Source of the DNA: Thermoproteota archaeon
GTDB taxonomy: Archaea > Thermoproteota > Thermoprotei_A > Sulfolobales > Ignisphaeraceae
NCBI GenBank assembly: GCA_030550585.1
Contig: JAUQPB010000001.1
Location: 192,001 to 256,000, forward strand
Length of the DNA stretch: 64,000 nt
Direction: 5' to 3'
The notes under the pieces are model-generated. The model did no database searches and was not told the origin of the DNA. It saw nothing but the letters and a program-made list of their open reading frames with translations. Each line of letters begins with the position of its first letter. Positions within the stretch are counted from its first letter, which is position 1. Below are positions 1 through 10,854 of this stretch, in pieces. Both the position numbers and the translations under genes were made by a program.

Positions 1-1
1 G

Positions 2-166
2 ACAGATCCAACAATGAATGTTGTGCTAGAGGATGCAACAGAGTATAAAGATGGTGGGGAGGAAGTTGTGGCAAAATATGGTAGAATATTGATTAGGGGA
101 AGCCAAATTCTATACATATGTGTTGACTATACCGAAGCAAAGCTTAGACAAGCAACATCGTCGTGA
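2..166 (+). CDS. Sm-like archaeal protein (SmAP/Lsm), 5'-truncated by window edge
   Basis: Own translation of frame 2: [15 protein letters not shown]...[14 protein letters not shown]. This has the Sm1 (D..MNxVL.DA.E) and Sm2 (IRG) motifs. Position upstream of MAT matches known crenarchaeal Sm2 synteny. Confidence 0.88.
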   Translation, partial: TDPTMNVVLEDATEYKDGGEEVVAKYGRILIRGSQILYICVDYTEAKLRQATSS

Positions 167-173
167 GGGTACT

Positions 174-338
174 ATGAAAAGTTATAGAAAAACAGGGAAA
201 AGTTTAAGACTACCTAATTCATGTCCAATAAACTTCGAGTTTTCGTTAGATAACATTGAATGCAAACTGTGTAAATATTTTGACCAGTGTCTCAGGGCAT
301 TCACCAAGGCTGAGAAGCTTAGTAGGAGCATTAGGTAA
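174..338 (+). CDS. small Cys-rich hypothetical protein (54 aa)
   Basis: ATG at 174 follows GAGGGT just after the Sm stop. Pattern C-x12-CxxC-x5-C. Confidence 0.55.
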   Translation: MKSYRKTGKSLRLPNSCPINFEFSLDNIECKLCKYFDQCLRAFTKAEKLSRSIR

Positions 339-427
339 GCGTTATTGTATAAAATACTGAATAACCAATAAGATAAGATACATAAAAAATATAAGGTTTA
401 AGATATTTAAAAGCTGTGGGAAGGACA

Positions 428-1642
428 ATGGCAAACATAGAGGTATCAGAACACAGATGGATAGGTATAGAGAATCTAAATGTTGAAATCGTAGAGAGAA
501 AGGGTGTGGGCCACCCAGACTATATAGCTGATAGCATAGGCGAAGCTGTAAGTAGAGAGCTTAGCAAATACTATCTAAAAAGATTCGGGCTTGTTCTACA
601 CCATAACGTGGATAAGGTTCTTGTAGTAGGAGGACAGGCACACCCTGTTTTTGGAGGTGGCGAAGTACTACAACCAATATATGTAATTGTATCGGGAAGA
701 GCCACAACATATGTAAAAACAAAGGATGGTCTAGAATTCATACCTGTTGGAACAATAGTGATGAGAGCTGCCAGAAATTGGATTAAGGAGAACTTCAGGT
801 TTCTAGACCCAGAAGAGCATGTCATAATAGACTATAAAATTGGTCAAGGAAGCGCCGATCTAGTAGGGCTTTTCGAATATGGGCTAAAGAGAATTCCTTT
901 AGCAAACGACACTAGCTTTGGTGTGGGATATGCACCGCTATCAACGCTTGAAAGGATTGTGTACGATGTTGAGAGGTTTCTGAATTCTCAGAATCTCAAA
1001 AATATGATGCCTGTTGTTGGCGAAGATGTTAAGGTTATGGGGCTTAGAATAAATAAAAAGATAACGCTGACAATAGCTGTTGCAATGATCTCTAGATTTG
1101 TAAAGGATAAGGGAGAGTACCTGGCATTAAAGGAGGAGATAAGAGAGAAGGTGCTTGACTATCTAGCCAAAAAGGTTCACAATTACGATATTGAGGTATT
1201 TATAAATGCTGCTGACAAGCCGGAGGAGGGAATATTCTATTTGACGGTCACAGGAACCTCTGCTGAACATGGTGATGACGGTGCAACTGGAAGAGGCAAT
1301 AGAGTAAATGGATTAATAACTCCAATGAGGCCCATGAGCCTAGAGGCAACTGCTGGCAAGAATCCTATTAGTCATGTCGGCAAGATCTATAATGTCGCAT
1401 CAACAATGATAGCAAATAAGATTTATGAAGAGGTGAAGGGTGTTAGAGAAGTTTATGTCAGTATGCTGAGCCAGATTGGAAGACCTATAAACGATCCGCT
1501 GGTTGTTGATATAAAGATCTTTCCAGAAGATAGGCTAACAGAAAATATGGTCAGCGAGGCAAAGAACATTGCTAATGAGGTTCTTGAAAACATTGAGAAG
1601 ATATCGAATTATATAATAGAGAACAAGGTTAGTCTATTTTAA
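428..1642 (+). CDS. mat: S-adenosylmethionine synthetase (archaeal type)
   Basis: [47 protein letters not shown] and [13 protein letters not shown] motifs. The ORF may start at GTG 416. Confidence 0.96.
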   Translation: MANIEVSEHRWIGIENLNVEIVERKGVGHPDYIADSIGEAVSRELSKYYLKRFGLVLHHNVDKVLVVGGQAHPVFGGGEVLQPIYVIVSGRATTYVKTKDGLEFIPVGTIVMRAARNWIKENFRFLDPEEHVIIDYKIGQGSADLVGLFEYGLKRIPLANDTSFGVGYAPLSTLERIVYDVERFLNSQNLKNMMPVVGEDVKVMGLRINKKITLTIAVAMISRFVKDKGEYLALKEEIREKVLDYLAKKVHNYDIEVFINAADKPEEGIFYLTVTGTSAEHGDDGATGRGNRVNGLITPMRPMSLEATAGKNPISHVGKIYNVASTMIANKIYEEVKGVREVYVSMLSQIGRPINDPLVVDIKIFPEDRLTENMVSEAKNIANEVLENIEKISNYIIENKVSLF

Positions 1643-1650
1643 ACAAATAC

Positions 1651-3636
1651 TCAGCTATTTAATAAGCTCAGTCTATACTCTTTAATGATGTCAGCAAGCT
1701 TTTTAGGATCTAAGTATTCCTTCTCCCGTTTCTTATTCAAATAGTCTAGCAACTTGTTATAGGCATTTCTTACAGCCTCTTGCAAAAGCTTTTTATCGAA
1801 AACCACCACATTATCTGTGACTAAGACTGGTGCTATATTTTCACAGACAATCCCAAGCTCCAAATCGAAGATGTCTGTTGAGAGCGTCTGTGGACATGTC
1901 TTCATTATTAGTATTGTCGGTCTTCTAATGTTTTTCAATTTGGACAAATCTATAATGTCTCTGTCCATGTACATAACATAGATCCCTTCTACAGTTACTT
2001 GATATTCTTCGCTGAAGCTTTTGGCAATGGGAATGGCCATAAACTTGTTATTTGCAATCCCCATTAAAATTTCTTCGAATGCCTTCTTAGATTCGTTCAA
2101 TTTTTCACGTTCTTTCTCAAGAGACTCTACATATGTTTGCAACTGTCTTAGTTTCTCTTTGAATTCATTAACAATTCTATCCCTCATAATTTCGGGCTCT
2201 AGCCTCTCACTAGTCCTGAACCTGCTCTCAAATTCTATTTCACTTAATCTATTCTCCAACTCTATTACACGCCTTCTGAGAATCTCCTTCTCTTTTTGAA
2301 TTTCATTCAGCTTCTCTTCAACTATCTTAACCCTATCCACACAGTTACTATATGTATTTTGAGATGGTGTTACCGTATCTTGGTTGAGTGTTGTATAGTA
2401 AGTGTTTTTAAGGTGCTCCTCAATAGCATATTCAATTGCTTCATTGACTGTCTTACCCCTCAGCAACTGTAGCTTAACATCATCTATCTCTACATCCAGC
2501 CCCAGCTCAATAATCTTCCTCTCAACCTCTACAAACTTTTTCTCAAATGATTTATAAGCCCTTAGCGCAGCTGCAAGTGCATCCCTCTCATGCGAGGTTC
2601 TGATCTCCACATTTAGACCGCGCTTAGTAGCCCACTGAATTAGATACTCCTTTTCTTCGACACTTAGAGATCTATTGGGTATGTAAAGGGGTAGTCCAAG
2701 AATCGAAGAAATCTTTTTGACAGTGTCTGGAGGCGGATTCTTATCTGTTGCTATGAGAACCGGTGTACCAATTGAGTATACCTTGCTTACCACAGCCACT
2801 TTGTCAAGTTCTTTAGATGAATAGGTGTAGCAGGTTCTAAGTGACAGATCTATTACAGCTATGCCAGTTTCAATCCCAGGGTCAACACCTACTATTACAT
2901 ATCTTTTGCTATAACCTTCATTCTCAAACTCTATTGTTGTATACTCAGGCTTTATAGCAATCCTTATATCATTTCCGTGGAATGGCTTTACAAATCTGCG
3001 CACTGTTGAAACATCTGCATAGGCTATGATTGTAGCGCTGTCTAATCCTCCTTTTCCTCTTCTCAAGACTATATCATAAGCTATCTGAGCCTCATCAAGC
3101 CTCTTTCTAATCTCCTTCATTGCAGTAAAGATTGCTGTTCTCATCGCTCTTGCAAATATATTTGCCCTACTACCACCTGACCCAGGCGATCTAGTTCTTG
3201 AAATAACTATCTTCGTTCGTGCACCAACACCTCTAATCACCGTGCCAATGCCATTTAAAGCTAGAAGGGCACAGAGATAAGCGGTTTGAAGAGGCTTTGG
3301 CTTTGTTGATAAACTTAGACCTAGTTTCAGTACCTGTTTCGATAAATCAACAAATTTGTTTTCTTCCAAGGTAACCTGATATATTGTTGTAGTTGGCGGA
3401 AACAACTCAAGAATTCTAGCAAGTTCTTTCCTCACTGGAGCTATCTCAAAAATATTATCAACACCAACCCTATCTACTTTATAGTCCCATGCAATCCTGA
3501 TCAAACCTTTCAAAGGTGTTTCAACAGATTCGTAAACTACATTACTGTTATCATCAATCACCACTACAGCATATATAGGCGGATTTGTTCGTGATAATGG
3601 GCTTCCCTTAACAATGTCTATGCCCATTACCTTCAT
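1651..3636 (-). CDS. DUF460/COG2433 protein (RNase H-like domains plus coiled coil)
   Basis: MGIDI N-terminus, IVGVDPGIETGIAVIDL, SHERDALAAA, long C-terminal coiled coil. Confidence 0.85.
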   Translation of the reverse strand: MKVMGIDIVKGSPLSRTNPPIYAVVVIDDNSNVVYESVETPLKGLIRIAWDYKVDRVGVDNIFEIAPVRKELARILELFPPTTTIYQVTLEENKFVDLSKQVLKLGLSLSTKPKPLQTAYLCALLALNGIGTVIRGVGARTKIVISRTRSPGSGGSRANIFARAMRTAIFTAMKEIRKRLDEAQIAYDIVLRRGKGGLDSATIIAYADVSTVRRFVKPFHGNDIRIAIKPEYTTIEFENEGYSKRYVIVGVDPGIETGIAVIDLSLRTCYTYSSKELDKVAVVSKVYSIGTPVLIATDKNPPPDTVKKISSILGLPLYIPNRSLSVEEKEYLIQWATKRGLNVEIRTSHERDALAAALRAYKSFEKKFVEVERKIIELGLDVEIDDVKLQLLRGKTVNEAIEYAIEEHLKNTYYTTLNQDTVTPSQNTYSNCVDRVKIVEEKLNEIQKEKEILRRRVIELENRLSEIEFESRFRTSERLEPEIMRDRIVNEFKEKLRQLQTYVESLEKEREKLNESKKAFEEILMGIANNKFMAIPIAKSFSEEYQVTVEGIYVMYMDRDIIDLSKLKNIRRPTILIMKTCPQTLSTDIFDLELGIVCENIAPVLVTDNVVVFDKKLLQEAVRNAYNKLLDYLNKKREKEYLDPKKLADIIKEYRLSLLNS

Positions 3637-3749
3637 AATAACACTTCAACTAGCCATCCTTCCCTATGTAGTAAGGGTTCCAACTATCCAATATATATTG
3701 TATAAGGGTTTAAAAATGTAAGTTATACTGAACAAGATATAGCCATTGG

Positions 3750-4625
3750 CTACTGCCTTTTCTCTAAAACATACTTGAAAACCTCGTCTAGGTCAACATC
3801 CAATCTAAATTTTTTCTTAAAGAAAGACACTATATGTTGCAGATCTTTCCTCAAGACTTCTAGGGCCCTAGGATCTACTGTTGTGATGTACTGTGGCCAA
3901 TCTATTATATAGCTTTTTCCATTATCTATATCAACAATTACATTATATTCGCTTAAATCGCCGTGAACAAGACCTGCCTTCCAATAAGCGTTTTTTACTA
4001 TGTCAACTATTTGATAGAATATCTCAGCAGGGTCTTCAAGATCTTTTACCTCAAATAGGTTTACACCGTCTATATACTCTATTACAACGCTGTGAAGAGC
4101 GTTGCCATAGAATTTGGGGATCCCTTGAATATCGAATTTGTTTAGTATACTTAATGCCTCAGCCTCTCTACGACCAGACACAATACTTCTTATAACCCAG
4201 GTAGAGCCACCTAAATTTTCGCCATATGACCTCGCTTTAGACACATTCCTAAACTCTTTTCCAATTTTATGAAACTTTACCGCAACAAGAGAGTTGCTAG
4301 TTGATATTGCTTGGTAAAGCTCGCTCTCCTTACCCTCACCAATTTTGTCGCCAAAAGCACTAAGAACATTCTTTAGAACAAGCCGGTGTATCGCAAGACA
4401 GTCTAGACCTAGGAATCTCAGCCTATAGGCTTCAGATGTTGGATGTCGCTCGATAAGCTTCAGCTTAGTGAGCTTCTGAATCCTAGCAACAATCTCTTTT
4501 TGTGTAAATTTTCTATTGAGTCTATTTACAATTAATTCCATTGGTATAAACTCGAATTTCTTTATATAGCGAACGAAAATATCTAATAGTGTATAATCTT
4601 CTTCGACGAGGCTTTTGCATATCAC
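3750..4625 (-). CDS. rio2: RIO2-type serine/threonine kinase
   Basis: N-terminal wHTH, IGEGKES, VKFH, VHGDLSEYNV, IIDWPQ. Confidence 0.92.
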   Translation of the reverse strand: MICKSLVEEDYTLLDIFVRYIKKFEFIPMELIVNRLNRKFTQKEIVARIQKLTKLKLIERHPTSEAYRLRFLGLDCLAIHRLVLKNVLSAFGDKIGEGKESELYQAISTSNSLVAVKFHKIGKEFRNVSKARSYGENLGGSTWVIRSIVSGRREAEALSILNKFDIQGIPKFYGNALHSVVIEYIDGVNLFEVKDLEDPAEIFYQIVDIVKNAYWKAGLVHGDLSEYNVIVDIDNGKSYIIDWPQYITTVDPRALEVLRKDLQHIVSFFKKKFRLDVDLDEVFKYVLEKRQ

Positions 4626-4646
4626 ACCCAGCTTCGTCTAACAACA

Positions 4647-4725
4647 CCTCAGGAGCATACTGATCCGTGGCGGCCGCGATTCTCTTCATCCAGTTGCGTC
4701 AAGAGCGCGGGACTCTTCATCACTA
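4647..4725 (-). ncRNA. box C/D sRNA candidate
   Basis: Minus strand reads GTGATGA-AGAGTCCCGCGCTC-TTGA-cgcaac-TGGATGA-AGAGAATCGCGGCCGCCA-CGGA, with an alternative box D CTGA at 4649-4652. GC-rich patch in an AT-rich intergenic gap. Confidence 0.6.
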
Positions 4726-4789
4726 TTAGACTAGCCTAACATACTTTTTAAGTTTGTTAGACAAAAACTGTGTTTGGGACCCTAGATAT

Positions 4790-5260
4790 ATGCCTAATAA
4801 GCTCAAACTTCCTCCAAGAATAAAGATTATGGAGGCCTTAGGCTGTTTGGCAGACAAAAGGATTAGAGAAATAGACGATAACAAAGCTATTGTATCGTCA
4901 TCTGATGGTAGTAGGGAATACCATGTTTATGTGGATGTAAAGAAGGGGATTGTTTACAGCGATGATAATGGCACAAAATTTAGGGGGTATATAGGCTATC
5001 CCATAATAGCTTTTCTTATGTTAAAAGGTTATCTGGCATATGATGAAAGGATAGCCAAAGCGTTAGCTGGGATCCCATGGAAAAAACTTAACGAGTCTTA
5101 CAAAAGCTATCAAGTTGTCGAGAATATCGTAAAGGATATTGCAAAAAAGAATGGGGTCTCGCCAGAGTCCATAGATGAATTTGTTGACAATGTTTTGAGG
5201 CAGTTATCCAGATTCTCGCTAGTATACAGTGAAAATCTTGGAAATGTTTTTAACAAGTGA
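4790..5260 (+). CDS. conserved archaeal hypothetical protein
   Basis: PPRIKIMEALG, VSSSDG, SDDNGT and GYIGYPIIAFLM look like a conserved family. ATG 4790 is preferred over TTG 4754. Confidence 0.75.
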   Translation: MPNKLKLPPRIKIMEALGCLADKRIREIDDNKAIVSSSDGSREYHVYVDVKKGIVYSDDNGTKFRGYIGYPIIAFLMLKGYLAYDERIAKALAGIPWKKLNESYKSYQVVENIVKDIAKKNGVSPESIDEFVDNVLRQLSRFSLVYSENLGNVFNK

Positions 5261-5331
5261 GATATTTCAACATGTCAACCATTAGCAACATATCATAAAT
5301 TTTAATATTGGTGTAAATAATTGATTATATT

Positions 5332-5985
5332 GTGAGAGTTGGGATGAGCATAAAAAGTATTTTCTATGGTGTCGCCTCATGCCGAAGAGGCGTTAAACCC
5401 CTTTTCGAACCCGCACATGCTTTAAAGGCCTTGCTTTTGCTCTATGAAAAGGAGCCTATCGGCAGAAATCTCCTGTCTAAAATGCTAGGTATAGGTGTTG
5501 CCTCTACCCGAACTTTAATTAAGAGACTTAAACAATATGATTTGATATTTGTTGATAATGTTGGTGGATGCCTCCTTACAGAGAAAGGTAAGAATATCGT
5601 TACAAAGATAAGAGGTGTTGTTCGCAAAATAGAGGACATATCAATGATAATAGCAAAAGACTTTATGTTGGGCCCCCATTCATGGATTGCCGTAATAGAA
5701 GATGGTGTTGAGTTGGCTAAGAAATATGGGATAATAGCTATTAGAGATAGATTAATTAGCTATGGCGCAAAAGCTGCACTAATAATTTTTGTTGAGGATT
5801 CTGCATACATACCCCCCGACAAATCCTTGAATGAAAGCAGGTACCACACTCTAAGATTTCTCAAGGAATTCTTGTCTCTTAAATATGGAGATGCATCAAT
5901 AATTTCATTTGCAGACGACCCTTTGACAGCAGAGAAAGCATTGCTAAACACAATAATCGACGTGTTCTTAGATATCCCTATGTAG
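5332..5985 (+). CDS. winged-helix transcription regulator-like protein (DUF4443-like)
   Basis: PIGRNLLSKMLGIGVASTRTLIKRLK...GCLLTEKG wHTH. C-terminal RD...GA..A motif. Confidence 0.7.
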   Translation: MRVGMSIKSIFYGVASCRRGVKPLFEPAHALKALLLLYEKEPIGRNLLSKMLGIGVASTRTLIKRLKQYDLIFVDNVGGCLLTEKGKNIVTKIRGVVRKIEDISMIIAKDFMLGPHSWIAVIEDGVELAKKYGIIAIRDRLISYGAKAALIIFVEDSAYIPPDKSLNESRYHTLRFLKEFLSLKYGDASIISFADDPLTAEKALLNTIIDVFLDIPM

Positions 5986-6076
5986 AGTGGTCTGGAGTTG
6001 AATTATCCAATTAATTTATTGTTAGCATAAATAGTTAAATCTATGGAGTTTTCACTACAACTGTGGTGACACCTAA

Positions 6077-7384
6077 TTGAGCTCAAATAATAGGGGATCA
6101 TCTAGAATACCAGGTTTTTATAACCTCTCCCTAGATGAGAGACTAAATATTGTTGCCAATTGGGCTGGTTTAACTAAAGATGAAATCGATTTACTGAGAA
6201 ATTTTGGAAATCTCGGAGCTAAACTAGCCGATGCTATGATAGAAAATGTTGTAGGTGCAATGTCGTATCCTTTTGCTATCGCCCCCAACTTTAGGATCAA
6301 TGGAAAGGACTATCTGATTCCAATGGTTATCGAAGAGCCAAGCGTTGTTGCAGCAGCAAGCAACGCTGCCAAAATGCTTCGAGAGGCCAATGATGGTGAT
6401 GGTATAAGGGCTCTCTCTGACAAACAGATGATGATAGGACAGATACATCTAATGAAAGTTCCATCGCCACGCTTTGTAGCAATGGAGATTATGCGAAGAA
6501 AAGATGAGATACTTGAACTTGCCAATTCCACTAACAAAACTCTTGTTAGTATCGGTGGAGGTGCTAAGGATGTTAGTGTAAGGGTCATCGAAACTAGGAG
6601 GGGGCCTGTAGTTGTCGTCCACCTACTGGTTGATGTAATTGATGCTATGGGTGCTAATACCGTTAATACAATGGCTGAAGCTGTGGCACCATATCTCGAA
6701 AAACTCACAGGTGGAGAGGCAAGATTGAGAATAGTGTCTAACTACGCAATTTACAGGCTTGCAAGGGCATGGGTAAGAATAGACGTGGACAAAATCGGTG
6801 GAAGAGAAGTTGCAGAGAAAATAGTTGATGCAAGTGCTATTGCTGAGGCAGACGTTTTCAGGGCTGTAACACATAACAAAGGGATAATGAATGGTATAAT
6901 AGCTGTTGCTCTTGCAACAGCACAGGATCACAGAGCAATTGAAGCTGGTGTACACGCATATGCCGCAAGAGATGGTGCGTATAAACCTCTTAGCATATGG
7001 GACATAGATTCCCAAGGTTATTTAGTAGGCGTGTTAGAAATACCCTTACAAGTTGGCACAATAGGCGGTTCTGTGAAAACCCATCCAATAGCTCAAATAG
7101 CTCTGAAGATCCTTGGAATTAAATCAGCAAAAGAGTTGGCAGAAATCATGGCAGCTGTTGGCTTGGCACAGAACTTTGCAGCTCTCAGAGCACTTGTTAC
7201 TACAGGTATTCAGGCAGGGCATATGAAGCTCCATGCCAGGAATTTAGCCATTGCTGCAGGAGCTCAAGGAGATCTCATAGAGCTTGTAGCAGAGGAGATG
7301 ATAAGAGAAGGTAAGATAACATTCGATAAAGCAAAAGAGCTTGTTGAGAAATATAGAAGCTTGAGATCTGGCACAAACATTTAG
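6077..7384 (+). CDS. mvaA: HMG-CoA reductase, class II (degradative/MvaA-like)
   Basis: ENVVG, EEPSVVAA, DAMGANTVN, THNKGIMNG, GLAQNFAALRAL and GIQAGHMKLH are class II signatures. Confidence 0.93.
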   Translation: MSSNNRGSSRIPGFYNLSLDERLNIVANWAGLTKDEIDLLRNFGNLGAKLADAMIENVVGAMSYPFAIAPNFRINGKDYLIPMVIEEPSVVAAASNAAKMLREANDGDGIRALSDKQMMIGQIHLMKVPSPRFVAMEIMRRKDEILELANSTNKTLVSIGGGAKDVSVRVIETRRGPVVVVHLLVDVIDAMGANTVNTMAEAVAPYLEKLTGGEARLRIVSNYAIYRLARAWVRIDVDKIGGREVAEKIVDASAIAEADVFRAVTHNKGIMNGIIAVALATAQDHRAIEAGVHAYAARDGAYKPLSIWDIDSQGYLVGVLEIPLQVGTIGGSVKTHPIAQIALKILGIKSAKELAEIMAAVGLAQNFAALRALVTTGIQAGHMKLHARNLAIAAGAQGDLIELVAEEMIREGKITFDKAKELVEKYRSLRSGTNI

Positions 7385-7401
7385 AGTGAATTGATTGAAA
7401 A

Positions 7402-7499
<98 letters not shown>

Positions 7500-7790
7500 T
7501 CGCATGTATCATATCTGTTTGCTGTAAAATACTTACACGAATGCAATTTTAAGCTTTTCACCAGACCAGGAATATCTTAATAGTCGTTGCAAATATCCAT
7601 GCAATTCGGCTATGTATTATCTTCGGATACCTGCTTCAACATTTTAGATTTGTGTCTAAGCATATCTTCCAATGGGTATGGGGATTACTCAAAAAGAATG
7701 TGAAAATAGGTGTTATGCCCTATTAGCAAGATTAAAATGTTTTTGAATAGTTTATCTTTTCGTGTTTTGCTCACAGCATATACTGCAACG

Positions 7791-10007
7791 TTATAGTGAA
7801 ATGAATTCGTCTGGGCTTGGAGGCTCTGGCTTCAGACCCTTTCTCTGTCTAATTTTCCTCACAATGTCAAGTAGCATAGAGTCTGGTACAGGTGCCCAGC
7901 GACTGAATTCTGTGCCCCAGAATGCTTTTCCAGCGCTTGCACTTCTAAGCTCGTTTGCTAGATCAGCAGACTCAGCAACTGGTATTTCTGCCAGCATCTT
8001 AACTAGGTTACCCACCATGTGAGTAACATTTATTATTCTGCCTCTCCTCTTCGTTATAACTGATGATATTGGCCCTAGATAGTCCATTGGGAACTTTATT
8101 TCTATTTTCTGAAGAGGCTCTAGTAGAGTTGGTCTCGATGTCAATATTGCTGCGTATATCGGATTCCTAACTGCCGGGTATATTTGTGCGGGTCCTCTGT
8201 GTGCAGGGTCTTCGTGAATTACAGCATCATGTAGAATTACCTTCAATCCTCTTACAGGCTCCATAGCTAAGGGACCTTCTTTCATAGCCAATCTAAATCC
8301 TTGTATAATAGTATCTCTAACCTCTCTGAGGTACTGTATTCCTGATGTCATGTCGATAAACACATCTATGTTTTCATCTATGGCCCATATCCTTCTCGCT
8401 TCATCGTAATCCCAGCCAGCCTGATCCCTCAGTATCCTAGCCCTCTTGTGTGTATCCATATCCTCTGTAATAACACCTTCTTGTATAAGCTTAATAGTCT
8501 CTTCATTTAATGGCTCTATGCTTATGTAAAACCTATTATGCTTGTTTGGAGACTTGCCTTCGAAAACCTTGCTTTTCTCTCTAGCGGTCTCTCTATACAC
8601 TATTGTCGGAGGTGATGTGTCAACATCTAATCCGAACCTTTCTTTGAGAAGTGTCAACACTATTTCAAGGTGTAGATGACCCATACCCGAGATTAGATAT
8701 TCTCCTGTTTCCTCATTTATTTTAACAACGAGATTCGGATCTTCTATACTCATCTTCTTTAGCGCGTCAATTAGCTTTGTTAAATCGCTTGTCTTCTTGG
8801 GCTCAACAGCCATTGTAACAACGGGCTCTGATATATACCTCATCCTCTCGAAAGGTGTCATAACATCCCTCAGCTTTGGATCAACAACAGTTTCACCTGC
8901 CCTTGCTTGATCAAGTCCTAGTATAGCAGCTACATTACCAGCTGGAATTCTGTCTACAACCTCTCTATACGGTCCCATGTATATACCTACTTGCAGAACC
9001 TTTTGAACAATTCTACTATTTATTAGATAAAGCTCTTGGCCATTGTATACAGTGCCTGAAAACACCCTTCCAGTTGCTACAAAGCCTGCATGTGGATCCC
9101 AACGCATGTCACATACAAAGAATACTACAGGGCCGTCAGGATCGGCCGCCATCATAGCCTTTCCAATGTCGGTGTTTATATCTCCTCTCCAAATCTTCGG
9201 TATTCTGTATGCCTGCGCCTCTCTTGGGTTAGGAACAAATTTTACAACCATATCTAGAAGTGCTTCGTGAAGTGGAATCTTCTTTTTGAGCTCCTCTAGC
9301 CCTTCTTTATCTCCCTTTGAGTAAACTTCTATCAAATCATCTATTTTTACACCCTTCTTCTTGCTTAATGGGACTGTTAGACCTATTGCATCTTTTGCGC
9401 TTCCGAATGCTACCATGCCTTGTGCAGGATCTAGAATCCACTTCTTTTTGAATTCAGGCTCTGCATATGTCTCAATTAGATTGTTTACCTCCTTTATGAT
9501 CTCTACAAACCTCTGTTTAATGTCATCCGGCCTCATTCTCAACTCTTTTATCAATCTATCTACCTTGTTGATGAATAGCAGAGGTCTTACCCTCTCCTCT
9601 AATGCTTGTCTAAGAACAGTTTCCGTCTGTGTCATAACCCCCTCTACAGCATCGACAACAACTATTGCTCCATCAATCATTCTAAGGCTTCTAGTTACCT
9701 TTCCAGTGAAATCGACGTGGCCAGGCGTATCAACTAGGTTTATAACGTATGGTCTTCCCTCAAATTCGTGGTACAAACTTATATTAGCTGCTTTGACTGT
9801 CATCTGCCTTTTTTGCTCAATGTCTAAAAAGTCCATTGCAAGGAGTTGACCAGCTAGTCTAGGGGATATTAGCCCAGCAGCAGCTAACAGACTATCTGTT
9901 GTTGTTGTTTTTCCGTGATCTACATGTGCAATTATACCAACATTTCTGATTTGCTCTGGGTTGTTCATTATCTTTAGTATTTGGTCAACGCTTTTCACAA
10001 ATCTCAT
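7791..10007 (-). CDS. fusA: translation elongation factor aEF-2
   Basis: [27 protein letters not shown], diphthamide loop [11 protein letters not shown]. Confidence 0.98.
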   Translation of the reverse strand: MRFVKSVDQILKIMNNPEQIRNVGIIAHVDHGKTTTTDSLLAAAGLISPRLAGQLLAMDFLDIEQKRQMTVKAANISLYHEFEGRPYVINLVDTPGHVDFTGKVTRSLRMIDGAIVVVDAVEGVMTQTETVLRQALEERVRPLLFINKVDRLIKELRMRPDDIKQRFVEIIKEVNNLIETYAEPEFKKKWILDPAQGMVAFGSAKDAIGLTVPLSKKKGVKIDDLIEVYSKGDKEGLEELKKKIPLHEALLDMVVKFVPNPREAQAYRIPKIWRGDINTDIGKAMMAADPDGPVVFFVCDMRWDPHAGFVATGRVFSGTVYNGQELYLINSRIVQKVLQVGIYMGPYREVVDRIPAGNVAAILGLDQARAGETVVDPKLRDVMTPFERMRYISEPVVTMAVEPKKTSDLTKLIDALKKMSIEDPNLVVKINEETGEYLISGMGHLHLEIVLTLLKERFGLDVDTSPPTIVYRETAREKSKVFEGKSPNKHNRFYISIEPLNEETIKLIQEGVITEDMDTHKRARILRDQAGWDYDEARRIWAIDENIDVFIDMTSGIQYLREVRDTIIQGFRLAMKEGPLAMEPVRGLKVILHDAVIHEDPAHRGPAQIYPAVRNPIYAAILTSRPTLLEPLQKIEIKFPMDYLGPISSVITKRRGRIINVTHMVGNLVKMLAEIPVAESADLANELRSASAGKAFWGTEFSRWAPVPDSMLLDIVRKIRQRKGLKPEPPSPDEFISL

Positions 10008-10120
10008 TTTTATTACCCTACCTTATCCAAGTCTCTATCTATTCCAAGGCTTATTAATTTTTTATATCCTGATACAATTAAGTATAGCTGGCCAGAACCT
10101 ATTAAGCTTTATACCATAGG

Positions 10121-10843
10121 TTAACCGGTCTTACCCTCTGAGAAATAGTCTATGATGGATTTTCCCTGCTCCTTCTTCTGATCCTTAAAACCTTTGTATA
10201 GAGCGTGTATCACCTGATAGATCTCTGCAGCTCTTTTTTCGCTAAGCCCCTCAATCTTCGTTAAATCAGATAGCGATGCTGTGCAGAAGTTGTATATGGA
10301 TCCAAACCTCTCCAGTATTCTCACAGCTGTTTTTGGGCCTACATGCGGAAACGCTTGTAGTATATACAACTGCCATTCTGTTGTATCAGAAGATAGCGAT
10401 TTTTGAGTGGGTTTTTTGATGTTTACCATAGTATTCCTCGATCTTCTCTCCCTCACAGCAACTCTTTTAATTATCTCGGCCGTTTCTTCCTCATCCCTAG
10501 AACTAAGCATTATTATGCCGATGTCAAGAGCTAGTGTTATATATGCGCCGATAATGGCGCTTCTCCTAACATTGGAAAGCCTTGCAGCTTCTTTCAAACT
10601 GCCCTCTATTATCATGATGGCTTTCTCAAACTCGTTTACAAGCCTTGTAGCTTGGTCGAACAGCCTTCCATCAACTAGAGATTTTATGAAATCTGAAGCA
10701 GTTTTTCTCTCTATGCCAATACTGTTGGAAATTACATAGTCGCCAACAGAAAGAAATTTGAATATGACTGTAACGCCTTTGCCAAGCAGAATTTGAGGCA
10801 CTTTCGAATTCTTCTCCCGCTCATCAACATATACCACAACCAT
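10121..10843 (-). CDS. xpf: crenarchaeal XPF (ERCC4) structure-specific endonuclease
   Basis: VDERE, GDY, ERKT..DF..S..DGRLFDQ, tandem HhH, C-terminal PIP box QGKSIIDYF. Confidence 0.93.
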   Translation of the reverse strand: MVVVYVDEREKNSKVPQILLGKGVTVIFKFLSVGDYVISNSIGIERKTASDFIKSLVDGRLFDQATRLVNEFEKAIMIIEGSLKEAARLSNVRRSAIIGAYITLALDIGIIMLSSRDEEETAEIIKRVAVRERRSRNTMVNIKKPTQKSLSSDTTEWQLYILQAFPHVGPKTAVRILERFGSIYNFCTASLSDLTKIEGLSEKRAAEIYQVIHALYKGFKDQKKEQGKSIIDYFSEGKTG

Positions 10844-10854
10844 TTGCAGCCACC

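Noticed and set aside
120-173. N-terminal extension of ORF 120-338
   Set aside because: It overlaps the Sm gene in another frame. The RBS supports ATG 174.
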